This document shows, one piece after another, positions 38,290 to 48,046 of a DNA stretch of 58,054 nucleotides (the first letter of the stretch is position 1; every line of letters starts with the position of its first letter). The notes below the pieces were generated by a model. The model had not been told where the DNA came from. It did no database searches and saw only the letters and a list, made by a program, of their open reading frames with translations. This DNA is from a virus (taxonomy: Duplodnaviria > Caudoviricetes): positions 1 through 58,054 of IMG/VR virus record IMGVR_UViG_3300032234_000118. One strand, written 5' to 3'. Position numbers and translations under genes: made by a program.

Positions 38290-41200
38290 ATGAGTGTTTG
38301 TCCTAATATTAATTTACCTGAATGGCAAGCTTTAGAAAAAGCAGTTGGAAGATTTGAAGCGTATAAAGATTTTGTAGAATCTGGTTATGAGATCAGATCT
38401 GTTGAAGAAGTACAGGAAAAGATTGATAAGAGAAGAGAAGGCATAACTAAAGCTAAGGTATATCCTCATACTCAAGGACTTATGTCTGGAAACTTATATG
38501 AGGTAGAACAAGCCTTAGCTGATTCTTCACAGCCAAATATTGAGAATATGGCTAAAAGGATAGCTAATGACTCCAATGTTACAAGAGCAATGGAGATAGC
38601 TAGGAAACTATCAAATTCATTAGGGGTAAACTTTGACATCATCAATGCTGAAAGAGCACAGCAGATTACTGCAGGTACTAAGAATCCTTGGACAGGACAG
38701 CCAGCATTTTACTATGGTGGACAAGTATACTTTGTAGGTGAGACTTTATCTGTAAACAATGTATTGCATGAGTTTGCTCACCCTTTAATACGTCAGATAC
38801 AGGTAGATAATCCTGCATTGTTTCAGAATCTATACAATAAGTTAGCTGCTACTGATGAGGGTGTGCAGATAATTAATAATGTAAAGAATAACAATCCTGA
38901 TCTTATGCAGGATGGTCAGATGTTCCAGGAAGAGGTAATGGTTAAGGCTCTTGAGAAGGCAGCTGTTGATCAAGAACAAACAAGTAAGTTTGCTGCATTT
39001 ATTAGAGATATCTTATTTGCAATAAAGAAAGTATTACGTAATGCTTTAGGTAAAATAGAGGTAAGCTCACTAGATCAGAATACTACATTGGATCAACTAG
39101 CATACATGCTAACCAATGACCAGTTCCAAATAAATACTGAGCTAATTACTGAGGAGGATGTAGTTGCGTATGTGCGTGATTATCAGCAGGAGATAAATGA
39201 TATGGCTCGTATAGATAAGGTACAGCTACAAGCACTTATTAAACAGGCATATGACTTAGCTGCGGGACAGTTAACAGAACTACGTAATAATGAAAACTAT
39301 AAAGAGTTAGCATTAATCCTTAGAGACCAGTATAAGGTTCCTGAGATGGAGGTAATCATGAATGATCTTAGGAAGTACAGATCTGAGATAGATAAGATTG
39401 TTGATGATGAAGTGGCTTCTATGGAGAGATTGGAGTCACAGGCTAATGCATTAGTAAGTACTGTATATAACATAGATACTGTTATTAGCAAGATCCAGAT
39501 ACATATGGATGACATCTATAAGACTGGGGATAGCCAAAGCAACATGGCTAAGATGCACTATTATGCTAAGATAGTTAAGTACTGGGGTAAGTATATCCAA
39601 CAGTTAGAGGAAGAGTTTAATAAGCCTGGTTCTGGTGTAAGTTCTTCATCTAAGATATATCAAGTAATCAATAACATCAATACCAATCTTAAGAAGATTG
39701 AGAATGTGGCTGATGAAATGGCAGCTGATGGTGCAAGGGATACTTTATATTCTGAGTTAGAACCTATAACTAGAGATGTAAAAGCTCGCTATGAAGAAAT
39801 CATTTCTGGTCTTAAAAAGAAGGGTGCTCCTCAAAGAGCTATTGATAGATGGCATAAAGAGTACTATGGTCTAACAGAGGATGCATATAAGCGTTATTCT
39901 GAGCTGCGAGAGAAGCTGCGTAATAAACAATACATGTCTAATGCTGAACAGTTAGAATATGCTAACATGCGTATTGATGCTGCTAAAGGATTAGAGTTAA
40001 CTCCTGAGAAGATTGAGGATTTACTAAAGGGTAAGATTGGTGACGCTAACTGGTATAGTTCATACTTGGAAGGGTACTTGTCTAATCCTGATCCTATTGT
40101 GGGTGGACTAGCACTATTTGTAAAGAATAGAATGAATGAGGTGATGGCTAGAGCACAGGCTAAGTTCAATGACTTCTCTGAGGATATATCACAAGCACTT
40201 AAAGATTATGGGTATAACCCAACCAATATAGGTAAGCTAGGTAGAGATACTGGCTTTGAGGATATTGTAGCTGTGGAAGAAGAAGGGCAGTTGGTACAGA
40301 AGAAAGTATGGACATTCCTTAATCCTTTTAAAGATTATAGATATGATCTTAAGGTGATGAATAAGAACCTTGATGAGGCAGAAATAGAATACTCTACTAC
40401 AGGTACTGATGAGTCACTGGCTAAGTTGAGAAATGCTGTTGCTGAGAAGAAGGAGTTCATGAGAAAGTATTTCCACCAGGAATATAAACCTGAGTTCTAT
40501 AAAAGACAAGAGTTACTAGAAAGAGATGAGATAGGTAAGATAGCATCTCATATGCGTGAAACTATTATAGAGAAGATTCGTAAGGAAAGTAAGCTAGGGC
40601 AAAATGAAACTGAACAGTTAGAATCTACTCAGAATATAGATAGATTATGGAGAGAGTATAGACAATTACATTCCTTATTTGATTTGTTTGGTAATAAGAA
40701 AACAGGTCAGGACTTGCAAATAGCTGAAAGGTTGCGTGAGTATAGAGATCAATCTAGAGAGTTCTATAACTGGAAGGAAAGAGCTGGTGTATTCCAAAGT
40801 TTATTAAATAAGTATGAGGATGAACTAGCTGCTAGGTTCTCTAAGGATGACCCTATGTATAGTACACTCCGTGATGAATGGATTAGAAAGAATACAAGGG
40901 TAGTTATTAAGCCTTCATTCTATACTAGAAGACAAGAGATATTCCAGAAAATTAAAGATATCTTAGATACTTTACCTGATTCCCAAAAGAAGGAGGCTGA
41001 TTTATCTGTACTGCATAATGCTATTATAGATATCAAAGCTGGATTTAGAGATGAGGATGGGCAACCTAACCCAGCTGAAATGACTAAAGAAGCAGTAGAG
41101 AAAGTTAAGAGACTGGAAGAAGAACTGCAAGAAAGAAAGAAAGCATATATTGGACTAAATGGTTTAACTGGTGAAGACCAGGCTAGACTAAGTGAATTGT

Positions 41201-43863
41201 ATTCTATTAAAGCTACTCGTGATTTAACAGCACTAGAAGCATCTGAGTTAAATACTTTGTATGCTAGGAAGTCAACGAACCAGTTAGACAAGTACTCTAA
41301 GGCTGCACTAGAAGAAGCATATAGAGAGTTGGAGGAAATGTCTTCTACTGAGGCTACTAATTACTATACTGATATAGTTAACAACTACCTTCAGAGAATG
41401 GACACTGACTTTATGCAAAGCAGGACAGGTTCTAGAATAATTACTGAAACTAATGCTGATGGCTTGTTAGATGATGAATTGATTACTAACTTGAAATCTC
41501 AAGATGCAGAATTTGCTAGATGGTTTGATGCTAACCACGTTAAAACTACTGATTATAAAGGTGATATAAAATATAAAAGAGTATCTGTATGGTCTGTAGT
41601 TAGACCTGCTGATTCTCAGTACTTAGAGAAAACAGAAATTAAAGATCGTAGTGGTAGAGTAATTGAGGTGATTGATGGATTACCTACTTTGAAATACTAT
41701 AAGCAGGAGGTTAAGGAAGAGTATAAAACTGATTTGATAATTGGTAAGACTATAGATAACAAGGGTAACTTCTTACCTAAAGCATTAGAAGATAGAGATC
41801 CAGGTGTTGATGATAAGTATATCAACCAAGAATACTACAGGATTAAAAATACTAATCCTCAGTTATTCAACATCTTAGAAAAACTAAAAGAACATCACTT
41901 AAGAAACCAGCAAGGACTAGATGCATACTCTAAGTTGTATTTAGATTTCCCTAGGTTTACTAAAGGTAAGTTTGAAACTATTCAATCTGCTGATTTAACA
42001 CAGTATGTAGGACGTGTAAGAGAGTTCTTTAAGGGAGCTAAAGATGATGCTGAGTCAGGATTTAACTACAACAATCAGTCTAACATGGTTAAGTTAGATA
42101 TGTTTGATGATGAAGTTACTAAAGTTCCAATAGCAGGATTGTATAATCTGGATGCTAAAGATGTATCTACTGATATCATTACATCTATGATGAGATATTC
42201 ATTGTCTGCTGAAAGACAAAAGCAGTTGATTGAAATAAGTCCGTTAGCTAGAGCAGTACAAAAGGTAGTAAACAATCCTAACAATACTGTAGATTTAGAG
42301 AAGATAAACAAGTGGAACTTTGTACATAGACAGCTTATCACATATAAGAAAAAGAAAGGTACAAGTGTAAGAGCAAGTGCTGTAAACAATTTCCTTGAAA
42401 GAGAGTTTGAAGGGCAGACACAAAAAGGTGTAGCCTCTGAGTCTGCGTTCATTAACAACTTTACTAATTTACTATTTAAGAATGCATCTAGACAGTTCTT
42501 TGCATTGAATATACCGTCTGCTCTTAAGAACTACTATAGTGCTAAATGGCAGACAGTCATTGAGACATCAGCAGGTAGATATCTTAATCCTATCTCTGCT
42601 GGTAAAGGTAATGCGTGGGCATTTGCTGCTATGGGTGAAATGAGTTTTACAAATCAGCTATATAAGAAAGGACCTAAGTCTTTGAATATGCAGTTGATAG
42701 AAATATTTGATCCATCACAAGGTAGGTCTGAACAAAGATATGGTAGTTCCATGTCAAGAACAATTGCTAAAGATGTACTAGAGGGTAGCTGGTTATATAG
42801 TCCTAGAAAGTGGTTAGAACTTCAAGCTACTCTGCAAGTATTTGCTGGTATGATGTATCACGTAAATGATATAGAAAGAAAACTTCCTAATGGTACTGTA
42901 CAGAAAATTAGCTACATGGATGCTTGGGAGTTAAGAGATAATAAGATTCAGCTAAAAGAAGGAGTTGATCCTAAGTGGGGTATTACCTATGATGAAAATG
43001 GTGAGTTAAAAGTTGGGACTGAGTTCAATAGATTTAAGAACAGAATGCAACAGGTGATGAATAATCTCAATGGTGCATATGCTGAATTTGATCAACCTGA
43101 AGCTCAAAGATATGTAGCATTTAGAATGGTAAGTTTCATGCGTAAATACTTTACCTCAATGGTAATGAACCGTATGGGGCATAAAGGTCCATTGTGGAAA
43201 GCTAGTCCTAGAATGAACTACGGAATGGGTGAGCAGCATATGGGATTCTATGTACAGACTCTTATGACTATAAAGAATGCTGCATTAAATGCTGACGTTA
43301 CTTTAAAGTATGCTACTAAAGAAGAGAAAGCTGCTGCAATGAGAATGCTTACTGAAATAGCATTGTTGATGTTAGCATCCTATGTTATCTATGCACTGTT
43401 TGGATATGACCCAGATGATGATGAAAAGTGGGATAAACTAAAAAATCTATCTGGCCCATTACCTTTCCCATTTGTTGAAACTGACAGAGACTTTAATGCT
43501 ATGGGTTATCTTAAACTACATGCATTAAATCAAGTAATGTCTGTAAGAGCAGAGAATGAACAGTTCTTACCATTACCAGGAGTAGGTTTAGATGATTACT
43601 TAAATCTTACTGACTTAAAGTCTATTGCATTAGGACCAACAACTGATACATGGACAGCTGCATTTGAAGATTTATATGCTATTGTAACTAATAGTGATGA
43701 TGCATACTATACCAGAGATGTAGGACCTTATTCTTTCCAAAAGAAAGAGAGTCCTAAACTTATAGCTAAGCTTGCTAAGTTGGCAGGATTTACAGGTACA
43801 TCATTAGACCCTGCACAAGGAATTAAGAACTTTGTTGGTGCACAAGCACTCGCAAGAAGATAA
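38290..43863 (+). CDS. Giant virion/ejection protein 3 with N-terminal zincin-like motif
   Basis: 1857 aa. AFYYGGQVYF..LHEFAHP (38767-38781)..EEV; hydrophobic helix LTEIALLMLASYVIYALF near the C-terminus. Confidence 0.75.
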   Translation: MSVCPNINLPEWQALEKAVGRFEAYKDFVESGYEIRSVEEVQEKIDKRREGITKAKVYPHTQGLMSGNLYEVEQALADSSQPNIENMAKRIANDSNVTRAMEIARKLSNSLGVNFDIINAERAQQITAGTKNPWTGQPAFYYGGQVYFVGETLSVNNVLHEFAHPLIRQIQVDNPALFQNLYNKLAATDEGVQIINNVKNNNPDLMQDGQMFQEEVMVKALEKAAVDQEQTSKFAAFIRDILFAIKKVLRNALGKIEVSSLDQNTTLDQLAYMLTNDQFQINTELITEEDVVAYVRDYQQEINDMARIDKVQLQALIKQAYDLAAGQLTELRNNENYKELALILRDQYKVPEMEVIMNDLRKYRSEIDKIVDDEVASMERLESQANALVSTVYNIDTVISKIQIHMDDIYKTGDSQSNMAKMHYYAKIVKYWGKYIQQLEEEFNKPGSGVSSSSKIYQVINNINTNLKKIENVADEMAADGARDTLYSELEPITRDVKARYEEIISGLKKKGAPQRAIDRWHKEYYGLTEDAYKRYSELREKLRNKQYMSNAEQLEYANMRIDAAKGLELTPEKIEDLLKGKIGDANWYSSYLEGYLSNPDPIVGGLALFVKNRMNEVMARAQAKFNDFSEDISQALKDYGYNPTNIGKLGRDTGFEDIVAVEEEGQLVQKKVWTFLNPFKDYRYDLKVMNKNLDEAEIEYSTTGTDESLAKLRNAVAEKKEFMRKYFHQEYKPEFYKRQELLERDEIGKIASHMRETIIEKIRKESKLGQNETEQLESTQNIDRLWREYRQLHSLFDLFGNKKTGQDLQIAERLREYRDQSREFYNWKERAGVFQSLLNKYEDELAARFSKDDPMYSTLRDEWIRKNTRVVIKPSFYTRRQEIFQKIKDILDTLPDSQKKEADLSVLHNAIIDIKAGFRDEDGQPNPAEMTKEAVEKVKRLEEELQERKKAYIGLNGLTGEDQARLSELYSIKATRDLTALEASELNTLYARKSTNQLDKYSKAALEEAYRELEEMSSTEATNYYTDIVNNYLQRMDTDFMQSRTGSRIITETNADGLLDDELITNLKSQDAEFARWFDANHVKTTDYKGDIKYKRVSVWSVVRPADSQYLEKTEIKDRSGRVIEVIDGLPTLKYYKQEVKEEYKTDLIIGKTIDNKGNFLPKALEDRDPGVDDKYINQEYYRIKNTNPQLFNILEKLKEHHLRNQQGLDAYSKLYLDFPRFTKGKFETIQSADLTQYVGRVREFFKGAKDDAESGFNYNNQSNMVKLDMFDDEVTKVPIAGLYNLDAKDVSTDIITSMMRYSLSAERQKQLIEISPLARAVQKVVNNPNNTVDLEKINKWNFVHRQLITYKKKKGTSVRASAVNNFLEREFEGQTQKGVASESAFINNFTNLLFKNASRQFFALNIPSALKNYYSAKWQTVIETSAGRYLNPISAGKGNAWAFAAMGEMSFTNQLYKKGPKSLNMQLIEIFDPSQGRSEQRYGSSMSRTIAKDVLEGSWLYSPRKWLELQATLQVFAGMMYHVNDIERKLPNGTVQKISYMDAWELRDNKIQLKEGVDPKWGITYDENGELKVGTEFNRFKNRMQQVMNNLNGAYAEFDQPEAQRYVAFRMVSFMRKYFTSMVMNRMGHKGPLWKASPRMNYGMGEQHMGFYVQTLMTIKNAALNADVTLKYATKEEKAAAMRMLTEIALLMLASYVIYALFGYDPDDDEKWDKLKNLSGPLPFPFVETDRDFNAMGYLKLHALNQVMSVRAENEQFLPLPGVGLDDYLNLTDLKSIALGPTTDTWTAAFEDLYAIVTNSDDAYYTRDVGPYSFQKKESPKLIAKLAKLAGFTGTSLDPAQGIKNFVGAQALARR

Positions 43864-43876
43864 CGGCAACTACAGT

Positions 43877-43901
43877 AAAAAAAGGGGGAGTTAATCTCCC
43901 C
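43877..43901. terminator. Intrinsic terminator between the convergent gene blocks
   Basis: A7 run, then g-ggggag-ttaat-ctcccc; U-tract on the - strand. Confidence 0.75.
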
Positions 43902-44083
43902 TATTCTTCTTCTTCACAACAGTCACAGTCTTCTGCTTCCTGTGGTCCATATTCATTATCAAACCATTCTCTAGCTTGTGATTTGTTAGGCATTTCATAA
44001 CAGCCACAATACATACTACTTGCACCTGCAAGGTATGCCTCTAACAATGCTTTCTTAAAGGCTACTGGGTGCATCTGTATCAA
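43901..44083 (-). CDS. Small acidic Cys-containing hypothetical protein
   Basis: 60-aa ORF filling the space between the MazG-like gene and the terminator; ends DCDCCEEEE. Confidence 0.55.
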   Translation of the reverse strand: MIQMHPVAFKKALLEAYLAGASSMYCGCYEMPNKSQAREWFDNEYGPQEAEDCDCCEEEE

Positions 44084-44462
44084 CTTTAATAAACTTACTA
44101 ATATCTGGTCTGTGATAACCAGGCCCTTTTAGTATTTTACCATCTTGTCTAAGTACAGGCTTTCCATCTTCGCCTAGTTTACTCATGTTACTTGACTGTA
44201 TCTCATCAAATACATCAAAAATTATATGCTGCATACCATGTTTAAGTATAGTACCACATAAGATATACAACTGATCACCTAAAGCATCAGCAATTTCTAC
44301 TAAAGATTTTTTATGACAAGCTTCTAGATATTCATCATTTTCTTCTTTCATTAGAGTATGTCTTAAATCAAACTCACCCCAAGGAATTAATGTTGGCCAT
44401 TTACCATCCTTCTGACCAAATGCTTTGTGGAACTCTGCCACTGCCTCTAATTGTTTCTTCAT
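44055..44462 (-). CDS. MazG-like NTP pyrophosphohydrolase (DR2231/PRA-PH type, putative dUTPase)
   Basis: VAEFHKAF..EENDEY..EIADALGDQLYI..SNMSKLGEDGKP..DGKILKGP. Confidence 0.88.
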   Translation of the reverse strand: MKKQLEAVAEFHKAFGQKDGKWPTLIPWGEFDLRHTLMKEENDEYLEACHKKSLVEIADALGDQLYILCGTILKHGMQHIIFDVFDEIQSSNMSKLGEDGKPVLRQDGKILKGPGYHRPDISKFIKVDTDAPSSL

Positions 44463-44476
44463 GTATTAATTTTTTA

Positions 44477-44484
44477 CAAAGATA
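44477..44484 (-). promoter_or_regulatory. Bacteroidota-type -7 promoter box TATCTTTG
   Basis: Reverse complement of caaagata, 14 nt upstream of ATG 44462, right after a terminator. Confidence 0.55.
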
Positions 44485-44522
44485 AAAAAAGGAGGATGAA
44501 CGTTAACACCCTCCTTTCTTTT
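44484..44522. terminator. Intrinsic terminator hairpin
   Basis: aaaaaaaggagg...cctcctttcttttt. Confidence 0.65.
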
Positions 44523-44549
44523 GTTGACCTACCTATGTCAAGTAGACTT

Positions 44550-45605
44550 TTAAATGCTTTCAACACCTAGAAACAGCTCTTCTCCATTTGCCATTTCTAT
44601 TGTATACGTGTCTTCATCCAAAGATACTACAAACTGTCCATTATATCCAAGGCTATCAGTGAGTAATTGTTTAATAGAATCAATGACATATTTATCAGTA
44701 ATGTGATTGTCAGGCAGTGCTTTATCCCATACTTTAAGATCTTCAATCATTTCTTTTTCTAGTCTCTCTACAAAAGTATCTGCTTCTTCTTCTATTTCTT
44801 CACGGATAGTAGCTTCTTCCGTAGTTAAATCTTCTTCATATGGCATTTCAGCAACCCATTCTTCTGTAGCTCTTTCTGTTACTACTAAAGACCAGGCATA
44901 TGAAATTAGATGACTGTGTAAGAATCTCTGTTGATTAAGCCACGTCTTAGGATGTGAGCTTTTAATAACAGTAAGGATATTACGATATAGTTCCCATAGT
45001 GTATTCTCTGCTGGTTCCATGAAGAGGAAAGTTGGTTTGATAGTCTCCCTCTTGATAGCACTAAGTTGTTCTATAGTAATCATGTCATGTAGTATATAGA
45101 GTTCACCTAGGATATGAGCAATTTCTTTTTGTTCTATTACTGTACCAAGCATTGCATTCTTATCTTCTATAATAGTTAAAGCATACTCTTCTATATCATT
45201 TATCATATTTATTATGGTAGCTTCTGCTAACTCATCTGCATTTCCTGTGTGCTTACGTATAAATGGTTTGATTTCTTTACCAATTATACTAGCCTCATTC
45301 TCAGTAATATAGCCACCAATAGCACAACTAAATCTTGTAGATTTATCATATGAGTTAACCCAGTTAAATGTAAAATGTTTACCAGGGTTGTCTTTATGTT
45401 CTATTACATAAGTACATCTTGCAATCTGTAATGTGCTGGTTGCTCTGTAAGTTTCACTAACAATCTGATAGTTATTCTCCTCTAATTTTCTTTTTACTGT
45501 ATCTACAATGAATTTATAGGAAATAACTGTGTATGTGTCAGTACCCACTGGAAGGGGCACTGCATATAATTCTTCTTTCGTAACTAATTTTGTTGTTTTT
45601 GACAT
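44550..45605 (-). CDS. DUF932/DUF945-like protein with acidic C-terminal extension
   Basis: TYTVISY..NSYDKSTRFSCAIG..RKHTG..TLWELY pattern. Confidence 0.6.
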   Translation of the reverse strand: MSKTTKLVTKEELYAVPLPVGTDTYTVISYKFIVDTVKRKLEENNYQIVSETYRATSTLQIARCTYVIEHKDNPGKHFTFNWVNSYDKSTRFSCAIGGYITENEASIIGKEIKPFIRKHTGNADELAEATIINMINDIEEYALTIIEDKNAMLGTVIEQKEIAHILGELYILHDMITIEQLSAIKRETIKPTFLFMEPAENTLWELYRNILTVIKSSHPKTWLNQQRFLHSHLISYAWSLVVTERATEEWVAEMPYEEDLTTEEATIREEIEEEADTFVERLEKEMIEDLKVWDKALPDNHITDKYVIDSIKQLLTDSLGYNGQFVVSLDEDTYTIEMANGEELFLGVESI

Positions 45606-45616
45606 AACTAATAATT

Positions 45617-47608
45617 TTAAAATAAACGTAATTGCTTTTCAAATAAATGCGGGACTATGTTTCTAAGCTCTTTCTTAATCTTATCTAGATAAAACTTATC
45701 ATTGATATCATATAGTTCCCAGTCTTTATCTTCTCTTGTATTAAATACTGTCTGTAACCACTTCCCTGTTTCAAGCTGGATCTCTCTACCATCTGTTTTG
45801 TGATGTTTAATAATCTTACTTCCATTGTTAGATATGAAATACCTCAATGTCTTCTGTAAGCTAGTGACGGAGAGTTCTCCTTCTGTAACCTTATGCTCCT
45901 TAAACTCCCAGCTACCTTTGATCTTTACACCACCACAATAATCCATGATGTTATGGTTGGATGCTAGATAGTCTGCTGGCTCTATACCATTTAGGAAATA
46001 GTGATAGATGGCTTTACGGATGATAAGGAAACTCTTGTTCTTGTGTAGGGCCAGACCTTCAAATTCAAATCTACCTTTACACTTTACAGGTGCATGGTAA
46101 TACTTATTATCTACTTGCTTTATTATACGATGTGGATTTTGTTTTAACTTGTCATACTCTTCTTGAGTAACCTCTTTATAATTATTAACGGCAATATAGT
46201 TGTTTACATCAGCCAGGATAATCTTTTGATACTCATCATGTTCTAGCTGAAGGTTGGTTAACTTTTCCCAGTCTTCACATATATCCAGATACATTTGTTT
46301 GTAGTGTACAGGAATCATCATCTCTAGACCATCTGTATTCTGCATGAGTGGAATAGCACCTGGTACTTTCTCTGCAAGCATCTCATAGAGCATAGCTAGA
46401 CTAAGCTGACCATTGATGGTAATACGCATGGTAAACTCAGGGTCATATAGAAAGCTATTAGCATCGTTAGAGAGACCGTAAGTAGAGTTAAGAATAATCT
46501 TATACACATAGTTACGTGGGTCTTTCTTAGGGATCTTCTTTCTCTCCTCAAAGAACCATTCATACTGTTCACAAAACTCTTCTTTAGGTATATGAGCTGG
46601 GGCCCATTTATTCCTAATAGCAAGGTTAGGATAGAATGAAGTAACGTCAGATGTCATGATGATCATACCATCCTTAGCTTCATAGATACCAGACTGCTTA
46701 GCACCATGTAGACCACCAAGTGCAAAGGTAGTTTCTACACCTCTATACTTGAGGATGTGTTCAAATGCCTTTTTGGTTTCTCTAGGATTGATGATAAGCT
46801 TTTTGAATGCTTCATGTAGAGCTTGAAACTCAGGACGCTTGAAGGAAATGTATGATAGTAAAATATCCTTGACGACTATGCGTTCTCTATATGTCTGCAT
46901 GTTTCTAAGGTCATACTTCTTGATACCTGTCTTACTACTTAAGAAATGCAAGAAGAGCTCTTTACTTATCTTTGGTTCAGATGCAGAGTATAGGTCTATG
47001 TTATACTCAGATGTCAGCGTACCTCTTAGGTTGATTTGCTCCTTAGACCTATGCATTATTTCCTTAGTGGACTTAACGTCATTGATACAATACTGGATTA
47101 TCATATCTTGCTCCTTCTCACTCTCTATTATATAGGTGTGGTGTAGGGGCATGTCTACTATATTGTCCCAGTCCATACTATACTGTATCCACTTTAGACT
47201 GCTCATCTTAGCCTTATTGTCCCAGTGGTTAAGTTTGAATACATCTATTTGCTTTATATACAAATCTCTAGGACTATATTCCTGGAACTCTTGCGCATCA
47301 GACCTACCTATAGTATCCTGTGCCTTCTCATATATAAATTCTACAATAGACTCAGCGTTCATATACACTAGTTCTCCTGCATGATTTAGTATGTGCTGAG
47401 TAATCTGACTGTCAAAGTTTAAACCATTATACGATATGTGCCATTCTTTCTTTACTAGATTGTCTTTAAGAAATTCTAAAAAGGGTATGAAGTCATTTCT
47501 AAATCTACTTACTACAAATACTTTTGTATCATCATTTTTGAAATCTTCAAACACTGCTACAAAGCATGACTTCATAGTCTCATAGTCCATTACCCAGTGT
47601 GTCCTCAT
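45617..47608 (-). CDS. polB: DNA polymerase, family B
   Basis: Exonuclease motifs DYE, YNGLNFD and YCINDV; polymerase motifs SDVTSFYPN, KIILNSTYG and NTDG. Confidence 0.93.
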   Translation of the reverse strand: MRTHWVMDYETMKSCFVAVFEDFKNDDTKVFVVSRFRNDFIPFLEFLKDNLVKKEWHISYNGLNFDSQITQHILNHAGELVYMNAESIVEFIYEKAQDTIGRSDAQEFQEYSPRDLYIKQIDVFKLNHWDNKAKMSSLKWIQYSMDWDNIVDMPLHHTYIIESEKEQDMIIQYCINDVKSTKEIMHRSKEQINLRGTLTSEYNIDLYSASEPKISKELFLHFLSSKTGIKKYDLRNMQTYRERIVVKDILLSYISFKRPEFQALHEAFKKLIINPRETKKAFEHILKYRGVETTFALGGLHGAKQSGIYEAKDGMIIMTSDVTSFYPNLAIRNKWAPAHIPKEEFCEQYEWFFEERKKIPKKDPRNYVYKIILNSTYGLSNDANSFLYDPEFTMRITINGQLSLAMLYEMLAEKVPGAIPLMQNTDGLEMMIPVHYKQMYLDICEDWEKLTNLQLEHDEYQKIILADVNNYIAVNNYKEVTQEEYDKLKQNPHRIIKQVDNKYYHAPVKCKGRFEFEGLALHKNKSFLIIRKAIYHYFLNGIEPADYLASNHNIMDYCGGVKIKGSWEFKEHKVTEGELSVTSLQKTLRYFISNNGSKIIKHHKTDGREIQLETGKWLQTVFNTREDKDWELYDINDKFYLDKIKKELRNIVPHLFEKQLRLF

Positions 47609-47955
47609 TCTTGAAATTTTGGAACAGTATATCCTGCCGCAGCCATTAATGCTACAAATTCATCTACAGTTTTCTTACCTACCTGATACCATTTACTAAA
47701 ACTATATTCATTTATATCAGTAAATATTTCTAGTGTTGGAGATTCACCTCTTTCAACTACATAGTTGTTTTTAAAATAATCATATAGTACAGCCGCAAGT
47801 TTACTACTTACTAATTTCTTACTATATAATTCTTTAAGTGTAGTTGATAATGTAATTTCCGCAGTACTTAATCTATCTTTCTGTAGTTCTATTTGCTCTT
47901 GTTTATATTGCTCTATAATTTTAAGAGCATGCTTATAACTTCTTTCTGATACCAT
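47605..47955 (-). CDS. Hypothetical protein with RNA polymerase alpha-CTD/HhH-like C-terminal pattern
   Basis: VSSKLAAVL..TLEIFTDINEYSFSKWYQVGKKTVDEF resembles LSVR..L..T...L...GKKSxxE. Confidence 0.45.
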   Translation of the reverse strand: MVSERSYKHALKIIEQYKQEQIELQKDRLSTAEITLSTTLKELYSKKLVSSKLAAVLYDYFKNNYVVERGESPTLEIFTDINEYSFSKWYQVGKKTVDEFVALMAAAGYTVPKFQE

Positions 47956-47998
47956 AACGTCTGTGTTCAGTTAAGCTGTCCCCCCATTTTAATTAGAC

Positions 47999-48024
47999 AA
48001 AAAGAGGGAGCATTTAACTCCCTC
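47999..48024 (-). terminator. Intrinsic terminator
   Basis: aaaaa-gagggag-catttaa-ctccctc. Confidence 0.7.
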
Positions 48025-48046
48025 CTTCTACATGTACATTATGTAA

